From: Paragordius varius
Taxonomy: Eukaryota > Animalia > Nematomorpha
Assembly: GCA_964247055.1 (NCBI GenBank)
Contig: OZ176050.1
Span: 1,860,001 to 1,924,000 of the forward strand
Direction: 5' to 3'
DNA length: 64,000 nt
Positions 25,301 through 36,279 of the stretch are shown here, piece after piece. The notes beneath the pieces are model-generated. The model had not been told where the DNA came from. It worked only from the letters and a program-made list of their open reading frames with translations, and searched no databases. Both the position numbers and the translations under genes were made by a program. Each line of letters opens with the position of its first letter. Position 1 is the stretch's first letter.

Positions 25301-28300
25301 ACAAAAAAATTACGGAAGATATTATGCATTTCATAGATAATAAACTAACTTATCAGCCGTCATTAACAATTAACCAGTTAAAAAATTTTTTGGAAGATGA
25401 AAAAAAGATAAAATTATCTAAATCCTCTATAGACCGAGTTATCAAATCTTTAAAAATAACTTTGAAGTTAGCCCATCATCTTAATGAAAAAGTCAATGAT
25501 CCTCAAATAATAGATTTAAGGAAAAAATACGCAATATGGTTTTCACAATCTTTCTCCGATGACTTAACAAATATTATTTATTTGGATGAATGCGGTTATA
25601 ATAACCATATTAGAAGAATCCAAGGTCGATCCAAAAGTGTCACGAGAGCCAATATTGTGGTGCCTAGCGTAAAAGGCAGAAACATCACTTTTATTGGAGC
25701 TCTGTCATTAAGAGGTATGGTTTATTACGAAATAGAAAGCCAAAGAACAGTCAATTCCCAACGCTTTACAAGTTTTTTTGATGGACTTTGTGAATATTTA
25801 AAGCGGGACGAAATTCAATATCATTATATTATGGACAATGCACGGATTCATAAAATCAATGAATTAAAAGGTAGAGCCGATTTATACAAATACAAAATTG
25901 ATTTTTTGTCTCCGTACAGTTATATGTTGAACCCAATCGAAATGGCATTTTCAAAAATGAAAAATTTTGTCCGACAAAATATTATATTAAATAATATGAA
26001 TGCGAATGTGGAATTATTGAATCTGATAAAATTGGCAGCGGGCTCCATAACATCGGAAGATAGCAGAAATTATTTTGAAAAGATAATGACAAATATGGTA
26101 AAGGCGGCAGCCGGTTTACCTTATATGTGATCTTTTTATAACATATACAATAAATGAAAATCATTTTTAATAATTTTCCTCAATTTGTCTCTTTAACAAA
26201 ATCAAACAATGATTGATTTATTCAGGTATATTAGTACAGTAATAGTTCAACTTTTTAAAAATAAGTCATTAAAGATTATGTAGTGGAGTATATGGGAAAA
26301 ATTGTCATTCAATAATTGTGTTTTTTTGCAAAATATTATCCTAAAATTACGCTGATAATGGTTAAAAGTTATTTTTGTATCTTGTTTTGATATTTATTAT
26401 CAAAAATAAAACCGTTTTTATTGACTGGGAAAATGTTTTTATTGACTGGGAAAACGTTTCGATTGACTGGGAAAACGTTTCGATTGACGGGGAAAACGTT
26501 TCGATTGATTGGGAAAACGTTTCGATTGACTGGGAAAATGTTTCGATTGACTGGGAAAACGTTTCGAATGATTGGAAAAATGTTTCGATTGACTGGGAAA
26601 ACGTTTATTTAGACTGGGAAATGGTATATTAATTAAGGTTCATAAAAAGAAATAATTTGATCCATCGATGACTGAAATGTTTAATGATAAGTTTGCTGTT
26701 ATTTATATAATTATTTTTTGCCATCATGAAAAAATCGTATGATGAAAATGGAATTATATTTAAATTTAGTTTTACTAATATAAGAAAATTTTTGCCCACC
26801 GCTAACTATGTTTATTATAATTTTTTATCCTTGTAAAAATCGATTAAAATTTTTCAATAAGGCTTAATTTTTTGAACGCGATGTATTAGGTAATCGATAT
26901 ATAACGAAAATCTCAAAAAATCATAAAGACACCCGAAGTCGTAGGGAATGCGATAATTTTGAATTTTGTCATCAAATTAGATGATAAACTTCGCACAACG
27001 GCTTATCCTCAAAATTTGCTCCAATCGATGGAAAATATGGGAAATAGAGAACATGGATTTCAATAATTAAATATTTAATATTTCTTAATTGGAAGATAAC
27101 ACTAGACAACATAGTTGACTTTTTTTAACTGCCATTCTTGCAATTTAAAATTTATATCATTAAAGTACATAAATAATATATCTGAAATAAAATTCGCCCA
27201 ACGCCTAAGATTTTTATTTAATTATGGTTTATTGATTTTTTGGGTCTGATTCAACATTAAACTTGGAATTTTCAAATTCAAAAGTTTTAGATGTGGAGCC
27301 ATGTATTTTATATCATTCGGAGAAACGCAACGAACTGTTTCTTTCGAATGGTAATTGGTTATTTAAATCAATCTGATTTAAAAGTTATTTAGGTTTCTAT
27401 GGGAAAATTTTCCCTTAAATAAGTCAAAAATTTTCACAGACAAACTAATTTAAAAATAATATAAATTATTTTAATATAATTATTAGGTTTAAATTAGTAA
27501 AAAATTGTAAAAAATTCTTTGAAAAGCTTTTTGAATTATTATTACCATAAATGTTTAACCTAGTGTATACTAAAATGCATAGTTACAACTGTTGAATTAT
27601 TACATAATCGTCGAAAAAATAAAAAATACCTTAAACTTGTTTTTAGTCTTTGAAATTAAAAATTATAAGCATTCTAAAAAAATAAATAACCCTGTTCCCC
27701 TGAATTCGATAAAAAAGCCCATATTTTTTAAGGTTATTATAACTTTAAGAGTCCAAAATTAAAATGAGAACCGATTGCAATCTGGATATATTAGAATAAA
27801 AAATATTAATAATTTGGTACTAAAATATAATTTTATAGCTTTTTAAATTCTTTACATTTGTTAAATACCTTTATTTGCATGTTGTATCGGCATTCAAAGA
27901 ATGAATGGAACGAAAAGTTTGACATGAGGATCACAATTTAACTAAAAAAATGGATCAGGCGCTTTAAAACCTTAAGAATGCATATTAACTTACCATTAAA
28001 TATACGTCTTAAGATATTCAAATTTAGGGTATACTACCACAGAATGAAGTATTGGTGGTATTTTAACAGAGAAAGACGAAAAGAATTCGTAGTTTATTAG
28101 TTAAGATTCTTTTTTTAGATAAAATATTATTTATGCAGATATTAATATGGAAAAATTAAAATCGAGGAATATAATAATATATTTATGAAAATTGTGGAGA
28201 AAATACTCTCTACGAAAAAATACATGGCAACATACATGTAAACTAACTACCCTTTTATCCATTTAAAATATAGATTTAGCCTAATAATAGTGATCGCTCG

Positions 28301-29222
28301 TTACTGTAAAAATAAACTTTTTCACATAAACTAAAAAAGACAATTACAATTACCATCAGAGTATGTTTCAGCCAAAACTACCACTAATCCATACTTTAAA
28401 CCAGCTTCGTAAACTTGTCCACCATCCAAATTACAAATATCAGCTTGACCATCTTTAACTTTTTGCATACAGGCAATAGGTGAATCACTCAATACCCCTT
28501 TAATAACTATGTCCTTAAAAGATTTTTGAATCGCTTTATTCCATTCTTTGATTTTGGTTAATTCGGCATTATGAAGGACGCAAAATCGAACTAAAATTAA
28601 TATCTATATATGTTATACTTTGAATCCGACAATAAACGTCCCCAAAAATGAATATAAGAAAAAAGATATTTAAAAAATACATAAAAATCAGTAAGTATCT
28701 AAAATTTGGGATACAAACCTTTTTATAGTTTTCAATTTAAGAGACAAGTGTAATAAATATGTTTTTTATTCATTGAAGAGCCATCCATATCTTAAGGCAT
28801 TATTTGTCTATTTTATATAAATGTTTTTTAGTAATATTATCACTCAAATTTTTATAAATATTTTTACGTGACATATACTAGATTTCAAGAAACACATTTA
28901 TTTTTTGCAAACATATAAAAAATGCTTTTTTGAGAAAAAATAAATTATTGAAAAGACTAAAGCAACGACAAAAAAGGCATCATAAAATTATCAAACAATG
29001 ATTGATGAAGGATGGATATAAATGCTTTATTATTTAACATATTTTGTCTTTCTGCATATTTTCACAAAACAAGGGTGTATGTATCACAGCATTGTAAATT
29101 AAAACACCTCCAGGTGTTATAAGTCCATACAAGATTAACAATGTATTTTTGACATTAGCTATACCATGTGCTGATGCAAAATTCGAACCAGAAAGCAGTT
29201 GCCATATCATTACAATTGACAT
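13306..29222 (-). CDS. TF: Bilobal transferrin-family protein (melanotransferrin/transferrin-like), ~673 aa, about 12 exons
   Basis: Manual GT-AG model with consistent phases: 29165-29222, 28354-28590, 22798-22935, 22622-22741, 21970-22325, 17317-17452, 17052-17292, 16976(or 16941)-17026, 14162-14283, 13959-14029, 13619-13893, 13306-13522. Transferrin motifs read directly: [106 protein letters not shown]. Second lobe: FWCV...QC...YCV...[17 protein letters not shown]-lobe exons are high confidence. The junction of exons 8-9 and the C-lobe exons are less certain. The symbol denotes the family, not proven orthology. Confidence 0.9.
15378..16872. mobile_element. Degenerate family A foldback inside a transferrin intron
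   Basis: Starts TACC right after a (TA)n tract. A-type 21-bp units occur at 15395-15540 and inverted units at 16800-16865. The right terminus is eroded. Confidence 0.65.
17664..20023 (-). mobile_element. RTE-like non-LTR retrotransposon with inverted 5' segment, degenerate
   Basis: Minus strand 17664-~19530 has RT motifs ([16 protein letters not shown] at 18385-18396, LGSIM, ESWTLK..D...[11 protein letters not shown]) and a short (CAACT)-type tail. Plus strand ~19530-20023 has AP-endonuclease motifs ([42 protein letters not shown]). TTCATTACATT is duplicated at 17653-17663 and 20024-20034. Confidence 0.9.
20402..20967. mobile_element. piggyBac-like family E copy
   Basis: Left TCAA|CATTTCGATTCAAATTGGGGTA. 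Right TACCCCAATTTGAATCGAA (20919-20937) and AAGTG|TTAA. Confidence 0.7.
22334..22372. repeat. (TA)n microsatellite (others at ~3948, 14291, 15363, 34147, 36006, 41635, 52543, 56953)
   Basis: Perfect or near-perfect TA dinucleotide runs read directly. Confidence 0.95.
23155..23400. mobile_element. Miniature family A foldback
   Basis: A-type units in direct then inverted orientation with almost no spacer. Ends AAAAATGGTA|TA, 8 bp from the family C left terminus. Confidence 0.65.
23409..26626 (+). mobile_element. Composite foldback-type Tc1/IS630 element (family C arms) containing the transposase
   Basis: Left arm 23409-~23770 and right arm ~26250-26626 are inverted copies. Both start TACCATTTCCCA.TCTAAATAAACGTTTTCCCAGTCAATCGAAAC, carry 21-bp units (GTTTTCCCAGTCAATCGAAAC) and are flanked by TA. 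An additional, internally deleted right arm ends at 24541. Confidence 0.75.
25100..26130 (+). pseudogene. IS630/Tc1-type DD34E transposase split by a single frameshift
   Basis: ORFs 25100-25282 (HTH-like, YNTARQI) and 25324-26130 join by a -1 shift at the A7 run 25256-25262, giving ~343 aa. The catalytic triad is in [18 protein letters not shown] and [11 protein letters not shown], with 34 residues counted between the second D and E. Confidence 0.92.
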
Positions 29223-29234
29223 CTAAAAATAAAA

Positions 29235-29742
29235 CGATTCACGTTGGGGTATCTAAACCCTATCCAATATTTAAGTTATTTTAAAATTACTGAATTAAAC
29301 GGTTCCAATTTAAATTATTATTCTATCCCAATAAAATTATATAAATGAGCCAAAATATTTAAAAAATTAGTTTTGAAAAAAAGTTCCGTATCAAATTACT
29401 TCGACGCCATTACTTTAGAACATTATTGCAAAATATTGTGTTTATTTGATTCTAAAACTAAAATTAAGTTTTACTTTAACACCAATTTAAACCGAAAAAG
29501 TAATAATTTCGCATTGTTTTGAATGTATATGCCCACATGTCTTGTTGGATAAATTTTTGGGTACCTCTGAAAAGGTATAAGATATGATTGATTTTTTTTA
29601 TATTTAGGTTTTAATGTTATATAAGTGCAAAATTGTAGTTTCAATTTATTCCATATTTTGAAATATTTAATTTAAAACAAGCCTGAGATATACAACGACC
29701 CCAAGATTCGAAAAATTGAAATGAATGTGTTCCATCCAAGTG
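29235..29742. mobile_element. Diverged family E copy just upstream of the transferrin ATG exon
   Basis: Collinear with 20402-20967 and ends CCAAGTG|TTAA. Confidence 0.62.
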
Positions 29743-32700
29743 TTAATATACACGATAGATATTGGCTTCGGTTAATAAAATGGCAAAAAGGTCGGAATTT
29801 AATTTACATGTCCATTGGTATGTATGTCATTTTTTATCAGCTACATATTGGAAAAATATTACAGTGTCGCTCGTTCGCAATGAATTATGTTAGCAACAAA
29901 ATGTAACCAACAATATCTAATACATATCAAGACATGTGAATAAAAACCTTTTTAGCCATTTAGAGACAGAAATGGTCAAAGCTCACGTTTCTGTTTATAT
30001 GCATAACAATTAAAAGTCTTATATAATCAAAAATATGACTGTTTACAGTAATAAAAAAATAGTTACCATAAGTGAGGAGTAAAGATGTATTGCATTTACA
30101 TGATTGCTAAAGTCCTGTCTCAACACCCAAATGTTCAGTACGAAACCAAAAATATAGTAAATGGTGAACACTTTAACGCAATAATTAAAGGCTAAATCCT
30201 AGCATGATAGAATGTTAAATTTGTATGCCCAAAAAAATAATAGCAAATTAAAAAAATACCTCATCAGTTCCAATTTTGTTCAAAGATACAAATGCTATCG
30301 ACAAAAGTATGATAGATATATTAAATACGGTTTTGTTTGATTTCGAAATTTTTGCGTCTTCGGTTACCTTTTCATCTTTTACACAAAAGGTTTAAATATT
30401 ATGATCAATACACAATATAAACACCAATAGTTTAAAGTTATTCCAAATTTAAATATGGGTTGATTTATCAATTATCTATACTACATCAACTATCTATAAA
30501 ATGAAAAGGTTTTGAGCTCGGCATTTTATTAATATGATCTTAATCCAACAGTGACAATATATATTATTAGCCATTTCAGTCATTTAATTGTAAAAGGGTT
30601 CACGTCTATGGTGTATACGATTTTTTTATTAGTTACATTTAAATCATTTTTATTGGCAACAGGCGATATTAATTATACTAATAATAATGTAAAATCATTC
30701 ATGCCAACGGACATGTAAATTAAACCCCATTTAAGATAATTATAAACTAAAATGGCCAATAATAGTTGTTGTTTTACTAAAATTTTTTTAGTTTAAAATG
30801 ATAAATATCATTTAAAAAAAGGATATCAAATATCATAAATTGTGCCAAATAATGATTAATACAAACAATGCTCACAAAAACTAACTAGTCACAATGTTTT
30901 GACAATTCAAAATAATAATAATTAATAATTGGAATTTTTTCAGTTAGAATATGATAATTTAAATTTATCTACCATATGATCAATATAAATAAGTTTTTTA
31001 TATATATGGCGTTGAAAAAATGATTTATGATAAAAAAAGCAATTTTTAGAAATTCCTTATAGCGAAGCGTCTAATCTAAATCTCCACTATCCATACAATT
31101 TCCTGCAGAAAAAACTAATAATGGATTTTTTATAAGAATAAATTGGGATTTGGCACCATTTTGGCTTTGATTCTTGTCTTCAGAAATTGAAATCTCATCA
31201 TAAAATGAATAGGTAAAAGTTTTTCTATATAATTTAATAATTATATGATTATGTTAGAGACATATTGTCTAAACTAAACTTATATAACTAAATAAATATA
31301 TTAAAATATAAATTTATATATTTTATAGCATACTGGTTTTTATGACGATTTGGCTTTTAAATGTTGTTTAGAATCTTAAATGATAACGTTTAAGATTATG
31401 GTTATGTTAATAGAGACATTAGTTAATTCATTCTTTATGGTATTATTTTTTATTTTACACGAGTGTGCTATTAAACGAATTTCTGATATTTACCCAGGGG
31501 CCATATGAAAAAAAGCGCCTGACACAAATTTTCGCCTTTGAACCCTAATGGTCTCATAGGTTTTCTTAATCATGTTTTAAATTATGACATATTAAAAAGT
31601 GGGCACCGCCCTACCGGCTTATAAAAAGTTATCAACTAAATTTTTTGCCTTCATACGGCAAATACCTGAAACATTATTAATTTTATACATTCTAACTTGG
31701 GAGAAAATTGTAATTATTATTTAGTGACTTAGCTTTTATTTTGCAAGATATATTTTAGAATGGGAAGGGTAAATAGGGAGGTTAAATTAAAAAATCGAAT
31801 GCGCAAACCTTTGTTTTTTTAAAAAATATTATTTTTAGTCGTTACTTATATATCCTTAAATATTTTTCTGTGAATCGATAAAATCAGTAATCTTTAAGCC
31901 ATATACACTGCGTTAATCTAGTTACCCTAATAAAATAAATATATTCTGATAGATAAACAAATCAGGATTATGGTGGTTTTTTTTAAATTAAATATTTTTA
32001 TTTTTGTGCCATTGTGTAAAATCAAAAAATTAGCGCACATTATATCGCAAAAATTATATTTAACACTTTATGACCTTTGGAGTAGTTTTATAAGGCAATT
32101 AAAAATTTAAATATTCAAAATATTTTTAGCATCAGGCCAAATTTAAAAATAAGATCACGGTACAAAAAAAGGTTATACAAATGTAATGCAAAAACCTATC
32201 TCAAACTTTTTCGTCACCATTTTTTTCTTTTTATATCCTGATTACAGAATAAATGTATATTATGGTTTAATAATATAAATAATTAACTTTGGAAAGCTTT
32301 CAAATTACGATATAGGAAAATTTTGATATTTATTAATTTTAATATTAGCTATTTGTTTCGATCGTGTGGAGCCATCGGAATTCGGTCTAAAAGTTAAAAA
32401 CTATAAAAATAATACGGGAGAAGGGGGACAGATAATTAAATTTAAACGAAAACTATCAAAATAATAGTTTTTTACTACTTTAAGCTCTTTGGTAGAAAAC
32501 TACCTCAAAATGTCATAGCATTCATAAATAATAATTTAGTTTATTTAAGAAGCAAAACAATATTTATCCAAGATATTAGAAAGTCCCAATTTTTTTCGCC
32601 CTTGTAAAATTAGCGGTTCTCTTATAAACTTTAAAATTCTGAGATTTCGCGAAATTTTTTTATATATGCTAGATTATGGCAATAAATATTTTTAGAAATG

Positions 32701-33249
32701 CATTTTATTTTTAGCAAATTGTTGAAGCGTACTTCATGCTAAGCATGATGGAAACGGTCCAAAATACTTTGTTTATATAATTGAATATTGCTAAAAATTT
32801 CTATCACCTCAGAATTTTAAAATATTTGTTCTCCCAATTTTTCAAATATAAATTGTGTTTTTTCAAAAATTTACCAAATATCAAATCAACAAACCTTTAA
32901 ATTAATAATCTGAAGCGATAAGTTTAGCATCAATTAAGAAAAAGTGTTTATACAGCATCTTAAAGTGTTTTTTACCGTTTCCATCATGCATCAAAATACC
33001 ATAAAATTCGGTTCGCCTAAAATTTGATATAAGATATATTTTTTAGCAAAATATATATTTTTTTCGGAAAAAACTTTTTTTATGTCAAAATTTAGCATAC
33101 AATTAAAATTTTCATGGCGCAATCTCGGTCATTTCGACTATCTTTAAACAAAAGCCCATTTGAGATGTCCAACTATTTGCGACTTACGGATCTCACATAT
33201 ATTATTTTTATCTCTATATTTGGTTAGAGATATTTTTTAAAATGAAGCA

Positions 33250-34130
33250 TTTGTATGTATCTATGAGGCTAAAGTCGTTGTCGATCAATAGTTTTTTCTA
33301 AATGTGCCCCAAATTTTTCTATTGTAAGTGAGGGATATACGGTTTTTAATGAGGAATTTCTTTCTGAGATAGATTTTCTGCCAAGCGCATTTGGCAACGT
33401 CGCGATTTCTTTCACTTTCACTTTATCTGTTATTAGATGATATTCTAAATTTTAGGCCCTAACAATGTGACCAAAGAACGATGACTTTAGTTAGAGGAAA
33501 TGGCCTGTTGCCATTGTGAGATTTATTTTTTCCAGAACTTCGATTTTTTATTTTGTCTCACCATGTTATTTGTAAAGCTTTCCGCCAGCACCATAATTTA
33601 ATGCGTTTAAGGCTGATCGCTTTTTTATGGTTCATTTACATTTTTTCATATAACATTGCGGGATTAATTAAAGAATCGATAAGACTAGTTTTTGTTGTTA
33701 GTTTGAACTTATGGGATTGCCATATTTTGTCGAATTTGATTTTCTTGTTGCGTCCTTTGAAATATGGTGTGATATTATTCTTATTTGTAAGACTGAGATA
33801 AATATGATCGGAAATTTTGAAAAGTTTAGTGTGATGATATAATATGAATGATTTTTGTTTTTTTGTAATTGATGGATAGGCCAAATTAGGCACATTTAGA
33901 TATGAAATTGTTTAATAGGTTATTAAGCTCATTTAGAGAATTTGTCATCAAAATTGTATCCTCTGCATGCAGAGAACATACGATTATGTCCGTCCATTTT
34001 ATAATTATCATTTTCACCAAAAAAAATTTATTTAGCAAATGTGCGCATGTTTTGTTTGCCATTTACTGATATGGATTACTACAAAAAGGAATGACTTTTT
34101 AAATCAATCATAATATCAAAAAGTAGAAGG
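33250..34130 (-). mobile_element. 5'-truncated RTE-like LINE relic
   Basis: Degenerate RT C-terminal motifs across frames: DTILMTNSLNELNNLL, FGLSINYKKTKII, FDKIWQSHKFKLTTK.SLI, KLWCWRK.LQITW, FFGHIVR. Confidence 0.75.
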
Positions 34131-34145
34131 CACCATACTGATTCA

Positions 34146-34179
<34 letters not shown>

Positions 34180-35400
34180 TAATAAATTTTAATTCAAAAT
34201 ATTGTAATTTCATTAAGTTTTGTTAGATATTTTTAAAATTTTAAATTTAACTCTTCTAGGCATTTTTAGAAGAATAAAGAATATCTGACAAGAAGGACAT
34301 GATTCTTATAAAATTTCAGGCCTTAAAACCTCTCACAATATTAACTTAATTTATACATCTTTCGCTTGTTTCTAAAAAATTTATCAGCTACTTTTAGATC
34401 TTTAAAGGATCGATTAATTGACTAATAAAAGAACATAATCATATTAACAAAGATAAATATATAACCTATATATGTTTTAAAATGAACAGCAACTATTTAT
34501 ACAAATAAATAAATTGTCAATTTCTCATGTAAGATAAATAATTTTATTATAATCATGAAATTTTTTGAATCTTACTGATCCTTTATCAATAAAATAAAAA
34601 AATGTTTTTCTAATTTTAATTTTGATGAGCCAAGTTAAAATCATGGCATTCGAAAATTTATATTTCTTTAGGTACTGTTATATCAATCATACAATTATTT
34701 AACAAAAAAATATACTCTTATCATTAAAGGTTTATTACTTTCACATTCTCATACATTATTATATAAATTCATAATTTAATTTTCAAATCATTGTATTTTA
34801 TATATCGATTCAATTAGTTAAATCATTCTTACCCAAATCGTTATTCATTCCATGTTTAAGTCCCCAATATGAGAGAACGTTTCCCATTGCATACAATCCG
34901 ACTGAGAGCACATTAAACGTAATAAACTAATTTATTCAAAAAATTAACTTGATGTCCTAGCCTAGTCTCCTTATCAGTCATGAATTGTTTGACTAGAGTG
35001 TACAGTTGTGTAACGAATATAGCGCAACTTAACTAATAAATTTGATAAAATTATCAATATATAATGATGTTTTACAAGAATAAGGGCGTGAACATAGGGC
35101 GAGGGACTTTTAACACGTGTGTGAGTCCCAAAGATTAAACTCCGAAACTTCTCTATAATGTGTGTTCTTAATACAATTTAAGTTCTTCTTTTATAAAAAG
35201 ACACTCTTAGTATATTTCTTTGATATAATAGGAGATGATTTTATTTGAAATAAAGTATTTACTAATTTATTTTTCATTTTAAGAGTTGTGCCTCCCAAAA
35301 TATTTAGTTCCTATCAATTCTTTAATCCAACCTGAATATGGGACCAAAATAATATCATCAAAAAATACAGAAAATAATCGTGTTTATGCATGATATATTA

Positions 35401-35969
35401 ACCAAAAATAGAATAATTACGATAACTCTTTGCAGCAGAATTGGCTTTAAAATCTTGTCCATTCTGCAATTCAGCCACCTTAGAAGAATCCATGGCAGAA
35501 AATAGAGAAAAATCATAGAGTATCCAACATTTTGACCAATCGCTAAAAGCTTAGGATCTAAGCTCCCTTGAATCTACATAATAAAATACAACCATAATTA
35601 CTCAAACAAATCATATACCCAAAATCCGAGAGAGGCATTTGTTTTAAAAACAAGACAAATCCCAAAAAATAGGTGCCAAAAGGCGTCAGTATCCATCCAC
35701 CACACAGCTTTCCTTATTTTCTGCCATAAATGGTGGTGTGGATGAGATTCTTTTTCTAGTTCATCGGCATTATTTATTTTTCGAGGGATATCTTCCGTTT
35801 CAAACTCAGAATTGGTGGTTTTTGAAGTTTTTAACAATTGAATAAAAAATTGCTCGCCTTTTGGTTTAAATGAAATATATTTCCAAGCTGAAAGCGATAC
35901 CAAAAATGCAATAATAAGAGATATAACTATTAAAAAATCTGGTTGTTTTAAAATAATTTCCAAGGGCAT
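35401..35969 (-). CDS. Small uncharacterised multi-pass membrane protein (3' end uncertain)
   Basis: ATG ORF with hydrophobic segments FLIVISLIIAFLVSLSAW and FWHLFFGICLVF. A 45-nt GT-AG intron (35574-35618) joins in frame to an exon with a third hydrophobic segment VGYSMIFLYFLPWILL. No family recognised. Confidence 0.55.
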
Positions 35970-36003
35970 TGTTAAAAAATATTTTTTAAAAATGGTGACT
36001 TTA

Positions 36004-36043
<40 letters not shown>

Positions 36044-36279
36044 GCAAAAAACTAAGAGTTGATAAACTATTGATTTTCTAAACGATCTAACTACCCCTTG
36101 ATACCTGACACGCATGTTGTACTAACCATACATCCTTAATAAAGATTAATGTATCCTTTTTATGTATACAATATAATACCCTCATACATCATTATTTATT
36201 TATAAATACAGAGTTATAAATAATTCACTAAAGTAATATATAACAATTTCAACAGGATGATGGATGATTTATACACAAA

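Noticed and set aside
24880-26240. Private short TIRs for the Tc1-like transposase (TACCT... near 24905 versus ...CAGGTA|TA near 26225)
   Set aside because: Only 5 bp match, not enough to call a TIR pair.
26375-26632. IDWENVS / LTGKTFR and LEQFKLV / FKDQLEL repeat ORFs (also 23402, 42122-42500)
   Set aside because: Translations of the family C and B 21-bp arrays.
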